The translations under genes and the position numbers were made by a program. From the human T2T-CHM13v2.0 reference genome, Homo sapiens: DNA of 64,000 bases. The notes below the pieces were generated by a model. It saw only the letters and a list, made by a program, of their open reading frames with translations, was not told where the DNA came from and did no database searches. Location: assembly GCF_009914755.1 (NCBI RefSeq), contig NC_060926.1; one strand, written 5' to 3'. Position 1 is the first letter of the stretch. Every line of letters starts with the position of its first letter. Shown in pieces: positions 59,731 to 64,000 of this stretch.

Positions 59731-62017
59731 CTTTTTTTTCCTTTTTTAAAAAAATAAAATAAAACAAGTACTAACTTCCCAGGCGGTTTTCCTGCCAGTT
59801 TTCCAGCTTTCCTTGGTGAAGTTGTGCTCCTGTAAATCACTCACGGGGATATTAAATAAATGCTGATTGTTGAGAACTCTCGCAGAGGGAGACCAGTGCT
59901 CAGATCAGAAGAGTCTCCCTCCAGCCTGAGGTTTGAGGCGCTCCATCTGAGTCCTCTTCTGTCCTGCCTTGTCCACCTTCCTGCCTCCGTGCCTCGGCTC
60001 AGATGGTTACTTTGTGCAGCAGCTGGGAGACAGACTTGGAACCAGGAGTTCTCCAGGCCCCGCCATGGTCTCTCCCTGCAGCCCCTCCTCCCATCCTGGC
60101 TGGCTGGTGAAGTTCTCAGCACCGGGACTCACAGGTCGCCACCTGGAAGAAAAGCCCCTGAAGCCCCATTTCGTTTAAACAGCGCAAACCTGAAGCACAG
60201 GCTGATGTTTAGGGATTGGGCTTTGTCACAGGCCAGTTTTCCTGACTAACAAAAATTCTAGGCACCTTTTATAGAGTGCTCTTTCTACCCCAGGAGCTCT
60301 GGACTCATTATCTGCTTTTATCGCCCCAAAATCTCTTCGAGGTAGGCTATACCACCTCTGCTTTACCAATCAGGAAACCAATCAGAGAAGTTACATAAAA
60401 TGTCCCAGAGTCTCACAGCTGGTCCATATCATGGGCCTGGGATTCGAACTTTGACACCTGTGACTCAGAGCTCATGTTCTTTCTGCTCCACTGCTCTGCC
60501 TCCTTGGAAATAATACTGATGAGCATCCTTCCTCCTCCCAACTCGGGCCCTCTGGCTGCCCAATACAGCCATAAGTCAGGCTCTGTCCCAAGGTCCAGCC
60601 CAGTCAGGCCATGCTAGCCATGGGCTGGTAATGGGACCCCTGTGGGTGGGGGAGGGATGGACGCACTAATGCACTCAGCCCTCAGGCTGGAGATCAAACG
60701 GCCCAGCAGAGAGAGATGTAAATCACCCCTCAAAGAGCAGCAGTTCCAAGTGACCGGTGAACTCAAAGATTCCCACAGACACCCAATACCCCCCTCCAAG
60801 CCTCCCTGCTGCCCTGTGGGTGGGGGCCTAGCACACCCTGGGAACCCAGGTCCACCGAGGCCTCACAGGCCTCACCTCTTCACTTAGGATTCTTCTGCGG
60901 CCAAACCCAGGACTGGGGTCCCTGTAGTAATTAACATGCTCACCTTTGTGAAATGGTGTAGAGCAAGCCGATCCCAGATTCAAAACCTCCAGCCACTTCC
61001 TGCCTGGGTGATGTGAGGCAAGTCATTTAACCCTGAGTGGTTCTTCATTGATAGCATAGGGATGAGAAAAACAACCTCGCACTGTTGTTGGGAGACGAAA
61101 CAGGTAGCGTGTGAAACCGTGGTGTCTGGTTGACACTAGAAGGTGCTAGCTCCCTTCCCCACTGTAGCCCTCTGCAAAATGTTTTACAACTTGTACCTCA
61201 TTTAAACGTCATAACCTTCAGCAAAATGGGTATTATCATCTCTGCCCTTTGAGGAATTAGAGAGGTCCCATCTTAAGCCAGGAGCACTTGGCCAGCGTCA
61301 GGACATGAACCTGGCACCGCCTGACGCCAGTTCCCTCTTCACTTCCCTACTTGTTTTGAGACACTGGAGACCATATAGTTTTGTAAAAATGCTCTGCAGA
61401 GGTGAAGCGTGTCCTCGAAAGGAGATGGTGCCCCTCACAGCCGACAGCCTCAGTGCCTGTGCTGGGCCCCTCTGATAGCATGAGCAGAAGGTGGTACTGG
61501 CCCTGCACCTTCTCCAGCCCTTTGGTGAAGCACCTGTGGCTGCAGATTGGGCGGCCAGGAGTTGCAGCCTTCTCTGGGCTCCCACATGGAGGCGACTGCG
61601 CAGATAAACCCAAAGCCTTGGGCGCCCCGGCCCCTTCTGTGGCCTTCACACCTCCCGGCACTGCCCCTGCAGCCTGAGCCCCTGAGCTTGGTGGGAACTG
61701 AAGCCCTGGGCCCTGCCCCCAGGGAAGCCTCTGTCTCCAGCGGACCCCTCGTCAATCCGGGGCCTGCTTCTCATCTCCCAGCGCCATGGGCAGGATCCCG
61801 CTATCCTGTGAAAGCCGAGGAGGGAGGAATGTCCCATGAAAGGTGCCTGAGGAGGCCTGGCCAATATCAGGCCACCAAATGGCAGGTGCCAGGTGGTTAG
61901 CATTAATGGAGTTGTCGCAAGGGAAAAGGTTTTATGGGAGGAGCGGTTGCTGACTCTGACATCCCCCTTGGCTGCCATCACCAAGGGAGGCCCTGGGGGT
62001 TCATCTTCAAACCCCTT

Positions 62018-62223
62018 CTCCACTCAGGCCCTCTCCGCCTGCCCTCGGCTGCGACACTGGCGTAAGTGACATCACTTCTCACATGCACTGTCGTCAAGCC
62101 CCCTGGCTGGTCTCCCTCCACTCAGGCCCTCTCCCCCTGCCCTCAGCCACGACGCTGGCGTGAGTGACACCACTTCTCACGGGCACTGTCCTCAAGCCGC
62201 CTGGCTGGTCTCCCTCCACTCAG
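62018..62223. repeat. 98-bp tandem duplication (2.1 copies)
   Basis: Units start at 62018, 62116 and 62214 with CTCCACTCAG; 11 mismatches between units 1 and 2. Confidence 0.95.
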
Positions 62224-63589
62224 CCGCAGGGTGCCCCGTTGCTCACTCCCGTGTGCAAGCCCTGCAGTGGCCGCCCATGCCTTCAAGCCCTGGGGCGTGA
62301 ACTTGAGGCCTTCAGTTCCCAGTGAGCCTCCTCTCTCCAGCGCATCCGGGCCTCTAACTCCACTGAAATGCCCAGTTTTTGTGCTCTCTGCACATAACTC
62401 TGCTGGAACTTAACACTCTAAATGATGGCATGGAAGGAACGGGTGCCCATTTGGGGCTTGCCAATGTGGCCAGGAGCCTCCTATGGAGTCAGGAGCCCCA
62501 CACTAGGGCGAGGTGTGTTCCTCCCCTTTCTCCTTGGGCAGTGATTCCTGAGGCAAGCAGAATCCCCAGGAAGAAAGGGTGAGCCGGGCATGGTTAGACC
62601 CGAGGGAAGGGCCAGAGCTGCCCAGGCATCGTCAGTGCCAGGATAGATCGTCCGGAGCCCCTGTGTCCTCATGAGTGAACAGAATGTTTCAGATCCAGCT
62701 AATTCCTCATAAAGCAATGTTTGTGAGGTTTCATTATCTCATTTTGTCTACTCTGGGATATTCCTTACATTTTCCAAAATAGAAGTCAAAACCAAATAAG
62801 CAGACAGTAACACCAAGATGCCGCCTAGGACTGTCTACTCCTCTCCCTTGAGGTGAAGCTCCTCTTATTCAGATTTCATCCTCATTTCCACAAAATAAAA
62901 CCCAACCTCCTCAACCTGACTTTGATGCTCTTATGCCTCAGATTTCCTTTATTTCCATTGTTATGTCCCACTGTGACCATCCCCATCCCTACACTCTGGC
63001 CACCCTGGAACATTTGCTTGTCTTTAGTCTCAAGTCATACTTCTCCTTCTTTGGGCTTTTGCTCTGGCATAATCTGGCAGGATTTGGGAAGGCTTCATGG
63101 AAACCGCATTGGCAGTGAGTCTTGAAGGTGAAGCAGTAAGACCCACACCCAAGACATGAGACGTGGAGGTGAGTTAGGGAGGAGGGTAGGGGCCGGGCCA
63201 CCAAAGTCCGTGGATGCCTCGCTTCTCAGGCAGTGGAAGCCGCAAAGTTGTTTTAAGCATGAATGAGACATGTCAACCTTATGGTCTGTGAAGTGCACAC
63301 TGACAACTCTACAGAGAATGAACTCAGAGAGGGAAGACTAGACTCTGGGGAGAGAAATTAGGGACTGTTGCAATAGCCCAGGTGTCAGGTCATGAGGGAG
63401 GAATTCAAGGAATATTTAGGAGATATAATCAGCTGGCTTTAGTGATGTGAATAAAGGGAGGGAGAGAGACTAGGGTGCCTCCTCAGTCTTAGTGGAGTGA
63501 TTGGGGTGAGGAGGAGGAACTATGGATGGAAAGATGATACGTTCACTATGTTTACCTTCTCTAAATTGCCTTTTAATAAAAATCTTCTA

Positions 63590-63730
63590 AGGGTATTATA
63601 TAAAAATACCTATTCTCAGGGCCTACCACTGACCTGTGAAATCAGAATATTCTGGGGGAAGGGCCTGGAAATCTGCATTTCAAAATGCACCTCAGATGAT
63701 TCTTACCATCAGCAGAGTTTCGGAAGCAAT
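63590..63730. mobile_element. MER5A-type relic
   Basis: gaaatcagaat...gggcctggaaatctgcattt...gatgattct pattern. Confidence 0.6.
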
Positions 63731-64000
63731 GCCCGCTGTTGGGATGGCATGCCGCTGGTTTACCCTGGGACCTCCCCTGGAACTGTGAGTCCCCTGAGGC
63801 CTGCAGCTACCTCTTCATCTTTACTTCCCTAGATCCCAGCTCAGGGCAGGAGAGCCCACGGTCAGTGTTTGTTGAATGAATGAGCTGATCTCCAAACCAT
63901 GACCGACTGTTTCCTCTTATAAACTGCGACGAATATCAGCTATGCCTCTGACTGTGGGGTTGGTTGGTCAGTCCTATTGTACCATTTGTCCAGATTGGAT

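Noticed and set aside
61869-61887. Second CTCF-like sequence GCCACCAAATGGCAG
   Set aside because: Mismatch at a highly conserved G of the core; too weak to call from sequence alone

Overview
Hominid (almost certainly human) genomic DNA containing exons 2-26 of DDX1 (DEAD-box helicase 1) on the + strand, followed by about 25 kb of repeat-rich 3' flank. I spliced the 25 exons by hand. All introns are GT-AG. The coding bases in the window total 2207 nt; with the 16 coding nt expected from exon 1 (upstream of the window) this gives 2223 nt, or 740 aa plus stop. The protein has the AETGSGKT, DEAD, SAT and HRIGRVGR motifs and the DDX1-specific SPRY insertion. Introns and flank carry about 26 Alu-family copies (mostly antisense), a full-length antisense SVA, MER52/THE1/MST/MER21-type LTRs, and L1/L2/MIR/MER5 relics. 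Nearly all long ORFs in the supplied track are repeat artefacts. I found no second protein-coding gene and no wholly new biological system. The most interesting leads are: an SVA with an extra 23-nt 5' segment and a clustered A>G tract; a tail-less internal L1 fragment with a perfect TSD inside a MIR; exon junctions that rebuild 5' splice sites; a phase-symmetric SPRY exon module; a long GGAA microsatellite; a CTCF-like site; and a 98-bp tandem duplication shaped like a duplicated micro-exon. Repeat family names come from recalled consensus features, not a database search, and repeat boundaries without TSDs are approximate.
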